From positions 1 to 44,212 of the forward strand of contig DRQR01000179.1 of assembly GCA_011371355.1 (NCBI GenBank): 44,212 nucleotides of DNA, read 5' to 3'. Below, piece after piece: positions 35,051-44,212 of the stretch. The notes beneath the pieces are model-generated. The model had not been told where the DNA came from. It saw nothing but the letters and a program-made list of their open reading frames with translations, and did not search any database. Origin of the DNA: Actinomycetota bacterium (GTDB lineage: Bacteria > Actinomycetota > Acidimicrobiia > Spongiisociales > UBA5794). Every line of letters begins with the position of its first letter. The stretch's first letter is position 1. Made by a program: the position numbers and the translations under genes.

Positions 35051-36277
35051 TTACCGAACCTCGACGTCGGGCTCGCCGACGACCTCGGCCACGGCGGCCC
35101 GACGCTCCGCGGCGCGATTCGCGTCGCCCTGGACCCCGAGGAGCTCGAGGCGGGTCTCGGCGGCCTCCGCCGCCGCGGCGACGTCGCGGGCCGCGAGCCG
35201 GGCTTCGACGCCTTCGGCGACGAGCCGTCGAGCCTCCTCGACGAGGGCCGTCACCATCTCCCCTTCGGGAACGACGCGGACGACCTGACCCTTGATGAAG
35301 AGGTGCCCCTTGCCCCGACCGGCGGCGATGCCGATGTCGGCCTCCCGGGCCTCGCCGGGACCGTTGACGACGCAGCCCATGAGCGCCACCTGGATCGGCA
35401 GCCCCTCGGCCTCGAGGGCCGCCCGGGCCTCCTCGACGATCTCGATGACGTCGACCTCGGCCCGTCCGCACGACGGACACGCGATGAGGTCGACGCTGCG
35501 ACGTTCCCGGAGCCCGAGGTACTCGAGGAGCTGCCGACCGGCCTTCGCCTCCTCGACCGGGTCGGCGGTGAGCGAGAACCGGATCGTGTCGCCGATCCCC
35601 TCGAGGAGGAGGGTGGCGATCCCGGCGACGCTCTTGACGAGCCCCCCGGGCGGCGGACCCGCCTCGGTGACGCCGAGGTGGAGGGGATAGTCGACCCGCT
35701 CGGCGAGGAGCCGGTAGGCGGCCACCATCGACGGGACGTCGGAATGCTTCACCGAGATCTTGATGTCCTCGAAACCGACGTCCTCGAGATAGCCCACCTC
35801 GATGAGCGCCGACTCGACGAGGGCCTCGGGGACGGGCGCCCCCCACCGGGCGAGGACGTCCCTGTCGAGGGAGCCGGCGTTCACCCCGATCCGGATCGGG
35901 ATACCGGCGTCCGCGGCGGCCCGGGCCACGGTCTTGACGTGCCGCTCGTCTCGGATGTTCCCCGGATTCAGCCGCAGACCGGCGACCTGCGCCTCGATGG
36001 CGGCGAGGGCGAGCCGATACTGGAAGTGGACGTCGGCGACGATGGGGACCGGGGATCGAGGAACGATCTCGGCGAGTCCCTGCGCGGCCTCGACGTCGTT
36101 GCAGGTGACCCGGACGATGTCGGCTCCCGCGCCGTGGAGCGCGTAGATCTGAGCGAGGGTGGCGTCGACGTCGGCGGTCTTCGTGGTGGTCATCGACTGC
36201 ACCGAGATCGGCGCGCCCCCGCCCACGGGCACCGAGCCCACGTGGATGCGACGGGTCGAGCGACGTTCGAGGGTCAT
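35051..36277 (-). CDS. ispG: 4-hydroxy-3-methylbut-2-en-1-yl diphosphate synthase
   Basis: 408 aa. Motifs ISVQSMTTT, RVTCN and the Cys cluster ACPSCGR...GCVVNGPGE are present. Confidence 0.9.
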   Translation of the reverse strand: MTLERRSTRRIHVGSVPVGGGAPISVQSMTTTKTADVDATLAQIYALHGAGADIVRVTCNDVEAAQGLAEIVPRSPVPIVADVHFQYRLALAAIEAQVAGLRLNPGNIRDERHVKTVARAAADAGIPIRIGVNAGSLDRDVLARWGAPVPEALVESALIEVGYLEDVGFEDIKISVKHSDVPSMVAAYRLLAERVDYPLHLGVTEAGPPPGGLVKSVAGIATLLLEGIGDTIRFSLTADPVEEAKAGRQLLEYLGLRERRSVDLIACPSCGRAEVDVIEIVEEARAALEAEGLPIQVALMGCVVNGPGEAREADIGIAAGRGKGHLFIKGQVVRVVPEGEMVTALVEEARRLVAEGVEARLAARDVAAAAEAAETRLELLGVQGDANRAAERRAAVAEVVGEPDVEVR

Positions 36278-36316
36278 CGGGAGGATGGTAGGACGGCGCC
36301 GTCGCGCAACGTGGGG

Positions 36317-37477
36317 TCAGCGGCCGAGGGGTTTGAAGATGTCGAGATACACCCCGATGAGCCCGAGGGAGATGACGAAGGCGAAGACGACCACGGCGAC
36401 GGGCACGAGACGACGGACGTCGGGAGCCCGACCCGTGAGCTTCTCGTAGAGGGCGACGGCGAAGTGGCCCCCGTCGAGGGGATAGAGGGGCACGATGTTG
36501 AGGACGGCGACGAAGACGTTCACGAGGGCGAGGAGGACGAGGCTGCGCTCGACGGGACCGGCGATGCGGGCGAGGCCGATGGGCGAGATGGGACGGACCT
36601 CCTCGAGGATCTCGTCGGAGGTGAGGCCGATGGTGGCGCCGAGCACCCGCCCGAAGTTCACGACGAGCTGCCAGAGACCGACGACGCTCTGGCGGATCGC
36701 GACGGCGAGATCGCCCGCGGCGGTCGTCGCCGCCTCGAGGAGGCCCGGCCGATAGGTCTCGACCTCCGGGGAGACGCCGAAGAAGCCGACGAGCTCGGTG
36801 ACGGGGCTCCCGTCGTCGGCGAGGAGGGGCTCGCCGTCGACGATCACGGGGCGCTCGATCGAGGCGAGCTCGACCTGCAGCGTGCGTCGAGCGCCGTCGC
36901 GCTCGACGACGAGGGTCACCTCCCCTCCCGGCCGGGCGGCGACGACCGTCGTGAAGTCCTCCCACCGTTCGACGGGCCGCCCTTCGATCTCGACGATCCG
37001 GTCTCCGGGACGGACCCCCGCGAGGGCCGCGGGCGTCGGGCTCCCGTCGGGCAGGGTCTCGGCGACCCCGGCGATCACCGTGGTGGGGATCGGAGCTCCT
37101 CGATCGTCGAGGCGCGGGAGACCGTAGACGGCGGCGACGGCGAGGAAGATGAGGTAGGCGACGACGAGGTGGGAGGCGATGCCGGCGAGGACGACCACCG
37201 ACTTCTTCCAGAACGGGGCACCCCGATAGGTCCTCGCCTCGTCGTCGGGATCGACCTCCTCGAAGGGATTCATCCCGATGATCTTCACGTAGCCGCCGAG
37301 GGGCAGGAGCTTCACCCCGTACTCGGTCTCACCCCGACGGATCGACCAGAGGGTCGGCCCGAACCCGAAGAACGCCTCGGTGGCCTTCATCCCGAAGGCC
37401 TTCGCCGCGACGAAGTGGGCCCCTTCGTGGATGATGATCATGAGGGCGACCCCGACGAGGATCACCGCCGCGCCCAT
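36317..37477 (-). CDS. rseP: M50 site-2 protease (RseP/Rip1 family)
   Basis: 386 aa. HEGAHF (HExxH), a central PDZ-like segment and NIVPLYPLDGG (NxxPxxxLDG) are present. Confidence 0.85.
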   Translation of the reverse strand: MGAAVILVGVALMIIIHEGAHFVAAKAFGMKATEAFFGFGPTLWSIRRGETEYGVKLLPLGGYVKIIGMNPFEEVDPDDEARTYRGAPFWKKSVVVLAGIASHLVVAYLIFLAVAAVYGLPRLDDRGAPIPTTVIAGVAETLPDGSPTPAALAGVRPGDRIVEIEGRPVERWEDFTTVVAARPGGEVTLVVERDGARRTLQVELASIERPVIVDGEPLLADDGSPVTELVGFFGVSPEVETYRPGLLEAATTAAGDLAVAIRQSVVGLWQLVVNFGRVLGATIGLTSDEILEEVRPISPIGLARIAGPVERSLVLLALVNVFVAVLNIVPLYPLDGGHFAVALYEKLTGRAPDVRRLVPVAVVVFAFVISLGLIGVYLDIFKPLGR

Positions 37478-37523
37478 AGGTCCTCCGTGGCCGGTCGACG
37501 GAACCCTAGAACGTCGTCTCTCC

Positions 37524-38678
37524 CTAGGGGTGGCGCCGGGCGACGATCTCTCCGGCGATCCCGCGAGCTTCCCGGTCCACGGCGACGAGCAGGTCGAGGT
37601 CCTCCACCGGGGTCGCGGGCAGGCGATCGAGGGTCTCGGCGACGACCTCGGCGATGTCGAGGAACCCGATCCGGCCCTCGAGGAACGCGGCGACCGCCAC
37701 CTCGTCGGCGGCGTTCAAGACCGCGGGGGCCGTGCCTCCCCGTCGCCCCGCCTCGTAGCCGAGGGCGAGGCAGCGGAAGACCTCGACGTCGGGTTCCTCG
37801 AAGGTCAAGGTGACGCCGGCGAGGTGCAGCGATCGGCCCGGGGCCGGACGTCGGGTCGGTGCGGTGAGGGCGTACTGGATCGGCTTGCGCATGTCGGGTG
37901 GGCCGAGCTCGGCCTTCACCGTGCCGTCGACGAACTCGACGAGGGAGTGCACGAAGCTCTGGGGATGGACGACGACGGCGATCCGGTCGTAGTCGAGTCC
38001 GAAGAGGCGGTTCGCCTCGATGACCTCGAAGGCCTTGTTCATGAGCGTCGCCGAGTCGACGGTGATCCGCGGTCCCATCTTCCAGGTCGGGTGCGCGAGG
38101 GCTTCCGACGGCGACACCCGGGCGAGCTGCGCCCGGGACCTTCCGCGGAAGGGGCCACCCGACGCGGTGATGACGAACCGAGCGACGTCCTCGATGCGCT
38201 CGCCGACGAGGCACTGGAAGATCGCGGCGTGTTCGGAGTCGACGGGAACGATGGTGCCGCCCCCGCGGCGTCGGGCCGCCTCGACGAGGGGTCCGCCGGC
38301 GACGAGGCTCTCCTTGTTCGCGAGGGCCACCCGGTTGCCCGCCTCGAGGGCGGCGAGGGTCGGTCGCAGGCCGGCGAAGCCGACGATGCCGTTGACGACG
38401 ATCGCACCCCGAAGGGCGGCGAGCTCGGCCACCGCGTCCTCGCCGGCGGCGAAGCGCCCCTCCCAGCCCGCCGGTGGGACCGCCCCGGGGTCGGCGACCG
38501 CGACCCGGGCTTCCGGATGCCGACGTAGCACGTCCTCGAGCGCCTCGGATCGGTGACCTGCGGCGACGCCGAGGATCGGGAGTCCGAGCCCTTCGGCGAC
38601 CTCGAGGGCCTGGGAGCCGATGGAACCGGTGACGCCGAGGACGACGACGCCGGCCGCGCTCAGAGGAGCCCCACCCAC
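37524..38678 (-). CDS. dxr: 1-deoxy-D-xylulose-5-phosphate reductoisomerase
   Basis: The GTG at 38678 is the only canonical in-frame start just ahead of LGVTGSIGSQ, and it overlaps the cdsA 3' end by 19 nt. Motifs ANKESLV, DSEHAAIFQC and HPTWKMG are present. 384 aa. Confidence 0.85.
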   Translation of the reverse strand: MGGAPLSAAGVVVLGVTGSIGSQALEVAEGLGLPILGVAAGHRSEALEDVLRRHPEARVAVADPGAVPPAGWEGRFAAGEDAVAELAALRGAIVVNGIVGFAGLRPTLAALEAGNRVALANKESLVAGGPLVEAARRRGGGTIVPVDSEHAAIFQCLVGERIEDVARFVITASGGPFRGRSRAQLARVSPSEALAHPTWKMGPRITVDSATLMNKAFEVIEANRLFGLDYDRIAVVVHPQSFVHSLVEFVDGTVKAELGPPDMRKPIQYALTAPTRRPAPGRSLHLAGVTLTFEEPDVEVFRCLALGYEAGRRGGTAPAVLNAADEVAVAAFLEGRIGFLDIAEVVAETLDRLPATPVEDLDLLVAVDREARGIAGEIVARRHP

Positions 38679-40576
38679 GAGAACGCGACCCAGGCGGCCG
38701 GAAGCACGAACACGAGACCGTCGATCCGATCGAGGAGCCCGCCGTGTCCGGGGAGAATCGAGCCCATGTCCTTGATGCCCATGGCGCGCTTCGTGCTCGA
38801 GACGGCCAGGTCCCCGATGGGTCCGAAGACGGCGACCACCCCTCCGAGGAGGAGCCCCGAACCGAGGTCGAAGGGACGGACGAAGCCCACGAGCGCGCCG
38901 AGCGCCAAGGTGACGACGACGCCGCCGACGAGTCCCTCGACGGTCTTCTTCGGTGACAGCACCGGGGCGAGACGACGACGACCGATGCTGCGGCCCACGA
39001 CGTACTGGGCGACGTCCATGGCCACCACGAGTCCGACGACGCCGAGGGCGAGGGCCCGATAGTCGGGTGCCTGCAGGATCGGGAAGGCGAAGCCGGCGAG
39101 TCCGCCCACCCAGGCGAGGACGAGGAGGGTGGACGAGAAGCTCGTCAACGGCTCCTCCCGTCCGGGAACCACGGCGTAGAAGAGGAGGAGCCCGACGGCG
39201 GCGAGGGACAGGACGACGGGGATCGCGACCGGGCCGAAGCGGACGGCGCCGAGGGCCGCCCCGACGACGCCGATCAGCCCGAACAGCGGCACGGGTCGGT
39301 ATCGCTCCCGCATGAGCTCTCGATAGAACTCGCCGGCGGTGACGACGAGGACGACGACGGCGAAGGCGACGAGGACCGGGCGCCACAGCAGCGAGACGAC
39401 GAAGAGCCCGGCGAGGGCGAGGGCGGCGCCGACCCGACGCCACAGCTCACCCCGGTCGGCGGCCGCCGGCACCGGTTCGTGACCCTCGGCGGCGACGACG
39501 TCCTCGAACCCGACGACCCCGCTGTCGAGGCCGGGAATGGACGCCGCCACGGGCGCGGGGGCGGGGTCTTCGAGCCCGGCCGCGTCGATGGCCGCGGCGA
39601 GCTCGACGTGCTCCCGGGTGACCTGTTGGAGGTAGTAGTCCTCTTCGGAGAGGTCGAGGTCGAAGGGCGGCGGACCGACCTCGTCGTACTCGTCGCCCTC
39701 GGTGTCGGCGAGGAACACCTCGCCGGTGTCCTCGTCGGAGGTCCCGACGGGTTCCTCGTCGGCCTCGGCATCGGCTTCCCCGTCGGCGAGGGCGAGGTCG
39801 GGCGGTTCGGCTTCGACGTCGTCCCGGGAGCGTTCCTCCTCGGGGAGCCCGGCCTCCGGGCCGGCGGCCGCTCCATCCCCCTCGTCCTCACCCTCCCAGG
39901 AGAGCCCATCGACGCTCCAGGGGAGCTCCTCCGGTTCCTCGTCGCCGGGAGCCTCGATGAGGGCCACGAGCTCGGCGGTGTCCTCCTGCCCGGCGTCTTC
40001 GGGCGGGGCCACGTCGACCTCGGAGCTCGAAAGCTCCTCCACGCCGCCGGCGGGGACCTCGTCGACGGCGGCGCCCGGGACTCCCGCGGCGTCCCCCGAC
40101 ACCGGAGCGAGCTCCGCCGTGATCTCCTCGAGCTCCACTCCCCCGGCGGCGCCCTGTGCCGCGCCCCCCGGGTCCTCGACAGCGACCTCATCGGGCACCG
40201 GTTCGAGCTCCGTGGTCTCGTCGCCCACCTCGGGCGTCGAGTCGACGTCGTGGGTGGCCGGACCGTCCGGGTCGACCGGTGCCGTCGGATCGTCGCGCTC
40301 GCCTTCCTCGAGCCAGTCGTCGAAGGTGCCCATCGACGGGGACGCTACCGCGTCGGGGGCCTCCGGCTCGGGATCTCCCGGCTCGAGCTCCCGGTAGCGA
40401 CGCTCCGCCGCGGTCGGCTCGTCGTCGCCCCGGTTGCCGAAGATACGCCGAAGGAATCCTCGGCGACCCTCACCGGGGCGTCGCTCGGGTACGGTGAAGG
40501 GATCTTCCTCCGGCTCGTCCGGCGGCGTCCAGTCGGGATGCCAGGGATCGCCGGGATGGAAGGGAGGTTCGGTCAC
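38660..40576 (-). CDS. cdsA: phosphatidate cytidylyltransferase with a ~375-aa acidic low-complexity N-terminal extension
   Basis: The C-terminal ~262 aa are a multi-TM CdsA with the signature SSTKRAMGIKDMGSILPGHGGLLDRIDG. There is one uninterrupted frame from the GTG at 40576 (10 nt after the frr stop), and GC3 is high throughout. Confidence 0.8.
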   Translation of the reverse strand: MTEPPFHPGDPWHPDWTPPDEPEEDPFTVPERRPGEGRRGFLRRIFGNRGDDEPTAAERRYRELEPGDPEPEAPDAVASPSMGTFDDWLEEGERDDPTAPVDPDGPATHDVDSTPEVGDETTELEPVPDEVAVEDPGGAAQGAAGGVELEEITAELAPVSGDAAGVPGAAVDEVPAGGVEELSSSEVDVAPPEDAGQEDTAELVALIEAPGDEEPEELPWSVDGLSWEGEDEGDGAAAGPEAGLPEEERSRDDVEAEPPDLALADGEADAEADEEPVGTSDEDTGEVFLADTEGDEYDEVGPPPFDLDLSEEDYYLQQVTREHVELAAAIDAAGLEDPAPAPVAASIPGLDSGVVGFEDVVAAEGHEPVPAAADRGELWRRVGAALALAGLFVVSLLWRPVLVAFAVVVLVVTAGEFYRELMRERYRPVPLFGLIGVVGAALGAVRFGPVAIPVVLSLAAVGLLLFYAVVPGREEPLTSFSSTLLVLAWVGGLAGFAFPILQAPDYRALALGVVGLVVAMDVAQYVVGRSIGRRRLAPVLSPKKTVEGLVGGVVVTLALGALVGFVRPFDLGSGLLLGGVVAVFGPIGDLAVSSTKRAMGIKDMGSILPGHGGLLDRIDGLVFVLPAAWVAFSWVGLL

Positions 40577-40586
40577 GGGGAGGCTC

Positions 40587-41132
40587 TCATACCTCGAGGA
40601 GCTCGGCTTCCTTGTGCTCGAGGAGCTCGTCGATCTTACGGATGTGCTCGTCGGTGAGCCGCTGCAGCTCCTTCTCGGCCCGGCGGATCTCGTCCTCGGA
40701 GACGTCCTCGGCCTCGATGCGTTCCTTGACGTGCCGCCGAACGTTTCGGATGGCGATCCTGCCCTCCTCGGCGATCTGACGCACGAACCGGATGAGCTCC
40801 TTGCGGCGCTCCTCGGTGAGCTGGGGGAACTGGATCCGGATCACCGTGCCGTCGTTCGACGGATTGAGGCCGAGATCCGACTCCCGGATCGCCTTCTCGA
40901 TCGCGGGGATGGCCGAGCGGTCGTAGGGCTGGACGACGAGGAGCCGGGCCTCGGGCACCGAGAAGCCGGCGAGCTGCTGGAGCGGCATCCGGGTCCCGTA
41001 GTACTCGATCTCGAGCCGGTGGAGGAGCCCGGGGTTCGCCCTCCCGGTCCGGACCCCGCCGAACTCGTTCGCGGTGTGGACCACCGCCTGATCCATCTTG
41101 TGGTCGGCCTCGACCAGCAGCTCGTCGATCAC
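40587..41132 (-). CDS. frr: ribosome recycling factor
   Basis: 181 aa. It contains ...VRTGRANPGLLHRLEIEYYG...LGLNPSNDGTVIRIQFPQLTEERRKEL. Confidence 0.9.
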   Translation of the reverse strand: MIDELLVEADHKMDQAVVHTANEFGGVRTGRANPGLLHRLEIEYYGTRMPLQQLAGFSVPEARLLVVQPYDRSAIPAIEKAIRESDLGLNPSNDGTVIRIQFPQLTEERRKELIRFVRQIAEEGRIAIRNVRRHVKERIEAEDVSEDEIRRAEKELQRLTDEHIRKIDELLEHKEAELLEV

Positions 41133-41147
41133 GGGTCTCTCCTCGCC

Positions 41148-41855
41148 TCAGTGCACCAGGGTACCGACGGCCTCCCCTCGGATCGCCCCGGCGATGGCCC
41201 CCGGGGTCATCATGTTGAACACCCGGATGGGCAGGTCGTTGTCCATGCACATCGTAATTGCCGTCGAATCCATGACCTCGAGCCGTTTCGAGAGCACCTC
41301 CATGTACCCGACCTCGGCGAGGAGCTGGGCGTCGGGGTCGACCCGAGGGTCGGCGTCGTACACCCCGTCGACGCGGGTGGCCTTGAGGACGATCGAGGCG
41401 CCGATCTCGGCCGCCCTGAGGGCGGCGGTCGTGTCGGTGGTGAAGAAGGGGTTCCCCGTCCCGGCGGCGAAGACGACGACCCGACCCTTCTCCAGGTGTC
41501 GGATCGCCCGCAGCCGGATGTAGGGCTCGGCCACCTGCTGGATGTTGATCGCCGTCTGGACCCGACAGGGGGCGCCGGCCCGTTCGAGGGCGTCTCGGAG
41601 GGCCATGGCGTTGATCACCGTGGCGAGCATGCCCATGTAGTCGGCGCTCGCCCGATCCATCCCCTTCGCGGTGGAGCTCACGCCTCGGAAGATGTTGCCA
41701 CCGCCGACGACCACCCCGATCTCGTGCCCCTCCCGCCGGGCGAGGGCGATCTCCTCGGCGACCCTCGTCACCGTGGCCGGATCGATCCCATAGCCGATCT
41801 CCGGATCGGCGAAGGCCTCGCCGGAGAGCTTGAGGACGACCCGTCGGACTCCCAC
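41148..41855 (-). CDS. pyrH: UMP kinase
   Basis: GTG at 41855 lies 2 nt after the tsf stop; 235 aa. Motifs [22 protein letters not shown] and [13 protein letters not shown] are present. Confidence 0.9.
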   Translation of the reverse strand: MGVRRVVLKLSGEAFADPEIGYGIDPATVTRVAEEIALARREGHEIGVVVGGGNIFRGVSSTAKGMDRASADYMGMLATVINAMALRDALERAGAPCRVQTAINIQQVAEPYIRLRAIRHLEKGRVVVFAAGTGNPFFTTDTTAALRAAEIGASIVLKATRVDGVYDADPRVDPDAQLLAEVGYMEVLSKRLEVMDSTAITMCMDNDLPIRVFNMMTPGAIAGAIRGEAVGTLVH

Positions 41856-41857
41856 GC

Positions 41858-42478
41858 TCAGTCGCCGTCCTCCCCGACCTGGAGCCGGCTGAAGCGCCGC
41901 ACGCCGATGTTCTCTCCCATCTTCGCGGCGAGGGCGGCGATCATGTCGCCGATCGTGCCGTCGAACTTCTCGGTGCGTACGAAGGTCTGGTCGACGAGCA
42001 CGTGATCCTCGAAGAAGCTCCGGAGCCGTCCTTCGACGATCTTGTCGACGACGTGGTCCGGCTTGCCCTCGTTCCTCGCCTGGGCGGCGATGAGCTCCTT
42101 CTCCTTCTCGACGACCTCGGCGGGTACGTCCTCGCGGGTGACCCACCGCGGCCGCGCCGCGGCGATGTGCATGGCGATGTCGTCGGCCATCTCGACGAAC
42201 TCGTCGGACTTCGCCACGAAGTCGGTCTCGCAGACGAGCTCGACGAGGACGCCGATCACCGGCCGTCCCGCCTGCCGGTGGAGGTAGTGTCCGATGGCGC
42301 CCTCCCCCTGCTGCCTCCCGGCGCGCTTCTTCGCGTCGGCGAGGCCCTTCTCCCGGAGGAGCTCCTTGGCTCGCTCCATGTCGCCGCCGGCCTCCTCGAG
42401 GGCCCGCTTGGCGTCCATCATCCCGGCCCCCGTGGCACGGCGGAGCGCCTGGACGTCCTTGGCGGTGAACTCGCTCAT
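41858..42478 (-). CDS. tsf: elongation factor Ts (short ~200-aa form)
   Basis: The ATG at 42478 overlaps the rpsB stop (ATGA); 206 aa. Motifs [18 protein letters not shown] and [12 protein letters not shown] are present. Confidence 0.9.
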   Translation of the reverse strand: MSEFTAKDVQALRRATGAGMMDAKRALEEAGGDMERAKELLREKGLADAKKRAGRQQGEGAIGHYLHRQAGRPVIGVLVELVCETDFVAKSDEFVEMADDIAMHIAAARPRWVTREDVPAEVVEKEKELIAAQARNEGKPDHVVDKIVEGRLRSFFEDHVLVDQTFVRTEKFDGTIGDMIAALAAKMGENIGVRRFSRLQVGEDGD

Positions 42479-43248
42479 TCGACCTCCTTCGCGGTCGCGG
42501 CGACCACGGGCTCGGCGCCGTCGTCGGCCGCGTCGGCTTCGGCTTCCTTCCTCGTCGCGCCGCGCAGCTCGGCGCCGTCCAAGACGGCGTCGGCCATCGC
42601 CCCCGCCATGAGGTGGGCGGCCCGGATGGCGTCGTCGTTGCCGGGGATCACGAGGTCGATGGGGTCGGGATCGCAGTTCGTGTCGACGACGGCGACGACC
42701 GGGATCTCGAGGCGGTTCGCTTCGCGGACGGCGATGTGCTCCTTGATCACGTCGATGATGAAGACCGCCTCGGGCGGCCGCTGCAGGTCTCGAACTCCGC
42801 CGAGCACCGCCTGGAGTTTCGAGAGCTCCCGCCGCAGTCGGAGGCGTTCCTTCTTCGGGAGCGACTCCATCTCGCCGCTCTCCTCCATCTGTTCGAGCTC
42901 GCGCATGTAGAGGATCCGCTTGTGGATCGTCTGGAAGTTCGTGAGCATCCCGCCGAGCCAGCGATGGTTGACGTAGGGCATCCCGGCGCGACCCGCCGAC
43001 TCCTCGATGGCTCCTTGTGCCTGCTTCTTCGTCCCGACGAAGAGCAGCTTCCCGCCGTCGGCGACGAGGTCCCGGACGGTCTCGTGGGCCCGCTCGAGCT
43101 GGGCGAGGGTCTGCCGAAGATCGATGATGTGGATCCCGTTGCGCTCGGCGAAGATGTACGGGCGCATCTTCGGGTTCCACCGTTGGGTCTGGTGCCCGAA
43201 GTGGACGCCGGCTTCGAGCAGCCGGCGCATCGTCACGTTGAAGGCCAT
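42475..43248 (-). CDS. rpsB: 30S ribosomal protein S2
   Basis: ATG at 43248 has GAGGAG upstream; 257 aa. It starts [28 protein letters not shown]. Confidence 0.9.
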   Translation of the reverse strand: MAFNVTMRRLLEAGVHFGHQTQRWNPKMRPYIFAERNGIHIIDLRQTLAQLERAHETVRDLVADGGKLLFVGTKKQAQGAIEESAGRAGMPYVNHRWLGGMLTNFQTIHKRILYMRELEQMEESGEMESLPKKERLRLRRELSKLQAVLGGVRDLQRPPEAVFIIDVIKEHIAVREANRLEIPVVAVVDTNCDPDPIDLVIPGNDDAIRAAHLMAGAMADAVLDGAELRGATRKEAEADAADDGAEPVVAATAKEVE

Positions 43249-43390
43249 GATCGCTCCTCGTTCACGGGTTCGGCTTCCGCCCAGCCGGTGGCTTCCCCTC
43301 CACGGTCGCACTGCGACCGACCCGTCGGGGACCGGGATGGACGTGTCGATGGGGAGGTGGAGTGTACCGGCGCCGGCCCCGTAGGACGAG

Positions 43391-44188
43391 TCAGGGTTTT
43401 CGGTAGGGCGGTTCGATGAGGCGATTCCGCATGCTCATGACCGCCTTCGTGTGGATCTGACAGACCCGGGACTCGGTGACGCCGAGGATCTTCCCGATCT
43501 CGGCGAGGGTGAGCCCCTCGTAGTAGTAGAGGGTGACGACGAGCCGCTCCCGCTCGGGGAGCCGATTGATCGAATCCGCGAGCACGTAGCGGGTCTCCTC
43601 CTTCTCGAAGGATCCGCTGGGGTCGAGGGCCCGCTGGTCGGCGAGGAGGTCGCGAACCGCCCCGGAGTCCCGGTCTCCGGGGCTCAGCAGCTCGTCGAGG
43701 GCGACGAAGCCCAGGTTGGCGATCTCGCCGAGCTGGTCCCGGAGGACCTCGAGGGGCACGTCCATGTGCTCGGCGAGCTCCTCCTCGGTGGGGGTCCGCT
43801 GGAGGGCGTGCTCGAGCTCGGCCATCGACCGTTGGATCTCCCGGGCCCTCGCCCGCACCGAGCGGGGCACCCAGTCGAGCGCCCGGAGCTCGTCGAGGAT
43901 CGCCCCCTTGATGCGGTTCACCGCGTAGGTCTCGAACTTGTAGCCGCGTTCGGGTTCGAACTTGTCGATGGCGTCGATGAGCCCGAACATCCCGTACGAG
44001 GCGAGATCCGCCGGGTCCACGTTCCGGGGCAGGCCCGCCCGCAGGCGGCCGGCGACGAACTTCACGAGCGGTGCGTAGTGGAGGATGAGCCCTTCCCGAG
44101 CCTCGGGATCGCCGCTGGCCTTGAAGCGTTTCCACAGCTCCGCGAGCTCCTGCTCGCCGCGCTCATGCACGTGGGTGGCTTCGGTCAT
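43391..44188 (-). CDS. whiG: FliA/WhiG family RNA polymerase sigma factor
   Basis: 265 aa. Motifs [52 protein letters not shown] and a region 4 HTH ([21 protein letters not shown]) are present. Its position upstream of rpsB-tsf-pyrH-frr-cdsA matches Streptomyces synteny. Confidence 0.8.
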   Translation of the reverse strand: MTEATHVHERGEQELAELWKRFKASGDPEAREGLILHYAPLVKFVAGRLRAGLPRNVDPADLASYGMFGLIDAIDKFEPERGYKFETYAVNRIKGAILDELRALDWVPRSVRARAREIQRSMAELEHALQRTPTEEELAEHMDVPLEVLRDQLGEIANLGFVALDELLSPGDRDSGAVRDLLADQRALDPSGSFEKEETRYVLADSINRLPERERLVVTLYYYEGLTLAEIGKILGVTESRVCQIHTKAVMSMRNRLIEPPYRKP

Positions 44189-44212
44189 AGGTGGCCTTCA
44201 GGTGATCCCGGC

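Noticed and set aside
39449-40576. Possibility that the acidic region upstream of the CdsA domain is a separate gene or non-coding
   Set aside because: There is no in-frame stop, no canonical internal start near the TM domain, and G/C-ending codons run throughout. I kept it as one CDS but flagged it as a finding, because the true start is unverified.
43249-43390. 142-nt whiG-rpsB spacer examined for a tRNA, structured rpsB leader or terminator
   Set aside because: I found only a 7-bp hairpin (CGGTCGC-agt-GCGACCG) and a TACACT hexamer. There is no tRNA-like T-arm or anticodon structure and nothing strong enough to call.
1-44212. Scan for rRNA, tRNA, CRISPR repeats, IS elements/transposases, integrases, toxin-antitoxin pairs and known defence genes
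   Set aside because: No candidate was found. All intergenic gaps are 170 nt or shorter and are accounted for, and no spaced direct-repeat arrays or terminal inverted repeats were seen.

Overview
This is a 44.2-kb chromosomal segment with very high G+C. Third codon positions are almost always G/C, and every real gene is shadowed by long Arg/Pro/Gly-rich antisense ORFs. Gene content and synteny look actinobacterial (Actinomycetota, possibly Acidimicrobiia-like; inference only). The right half (22-44 kb) is one uninterrupted minus-strand array of core genes: whiG/fliA-type sigma | rpsB-tsf-pyrH-frr-cdsA-dxr-rseP-ispG-proS | rimP-nusA-infB-DUF503-rbfA-nrnA-truB-ribF | alpha/beta hydrolase | rpsO-pnp. 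Many of these genes are joined by ATGA/GTGA stop-start overlaps. The left half (0-22 kb) is mixed-strand. It holds a partial ferritin, a glycolipid-binding-like protein, a SixA-like phosphatase, ltaE, a tail-anchored membrane protein and the error-prone polymerase dnaE2. These are followed by an ACT protein, a 323-aa unknown, ychF, an SGNH hydrolase, udk and a TPP-riboswitch-controlled thiamine salvage operon (TPK-thiB-thiP-thiQ). The rest are a cysteine hydrolase, a rhodanese, a SufE-like protein, an SDR, a membrane-anchored unknown, plsC, imuB-imuA' and dodecin. The supportable non-coding elements are a THI-box riboswitch, two identical mycobacterial-type LexA boxes filling the -35/-10 spacers of the dnaE2 and imuA'B promoters, a strong bidirectional hairpin between dodecin and pnp, an rpsO terminator and a long pnp-leader hairpin. 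No rRNA, tRNA, CRISPR array, transposase, integrase or phage genes were seen. I did not find a convincing novel multi-gene system; this is mostly core genome. The best leads are: (1) the split SOS mutasome with identical operators and an uncharacterised tail-anchored membrane protein directly downstream of dnaE2; (2) a CdsA with a roughly 375-aa acidic N-terminal extension; (3) a recurrent TANNNT-6/8 nt-start-codon pattern suggesting many leaderless transcripts; (4) several unknown-function proteins (323 aa, 391 aa, 160 aa).
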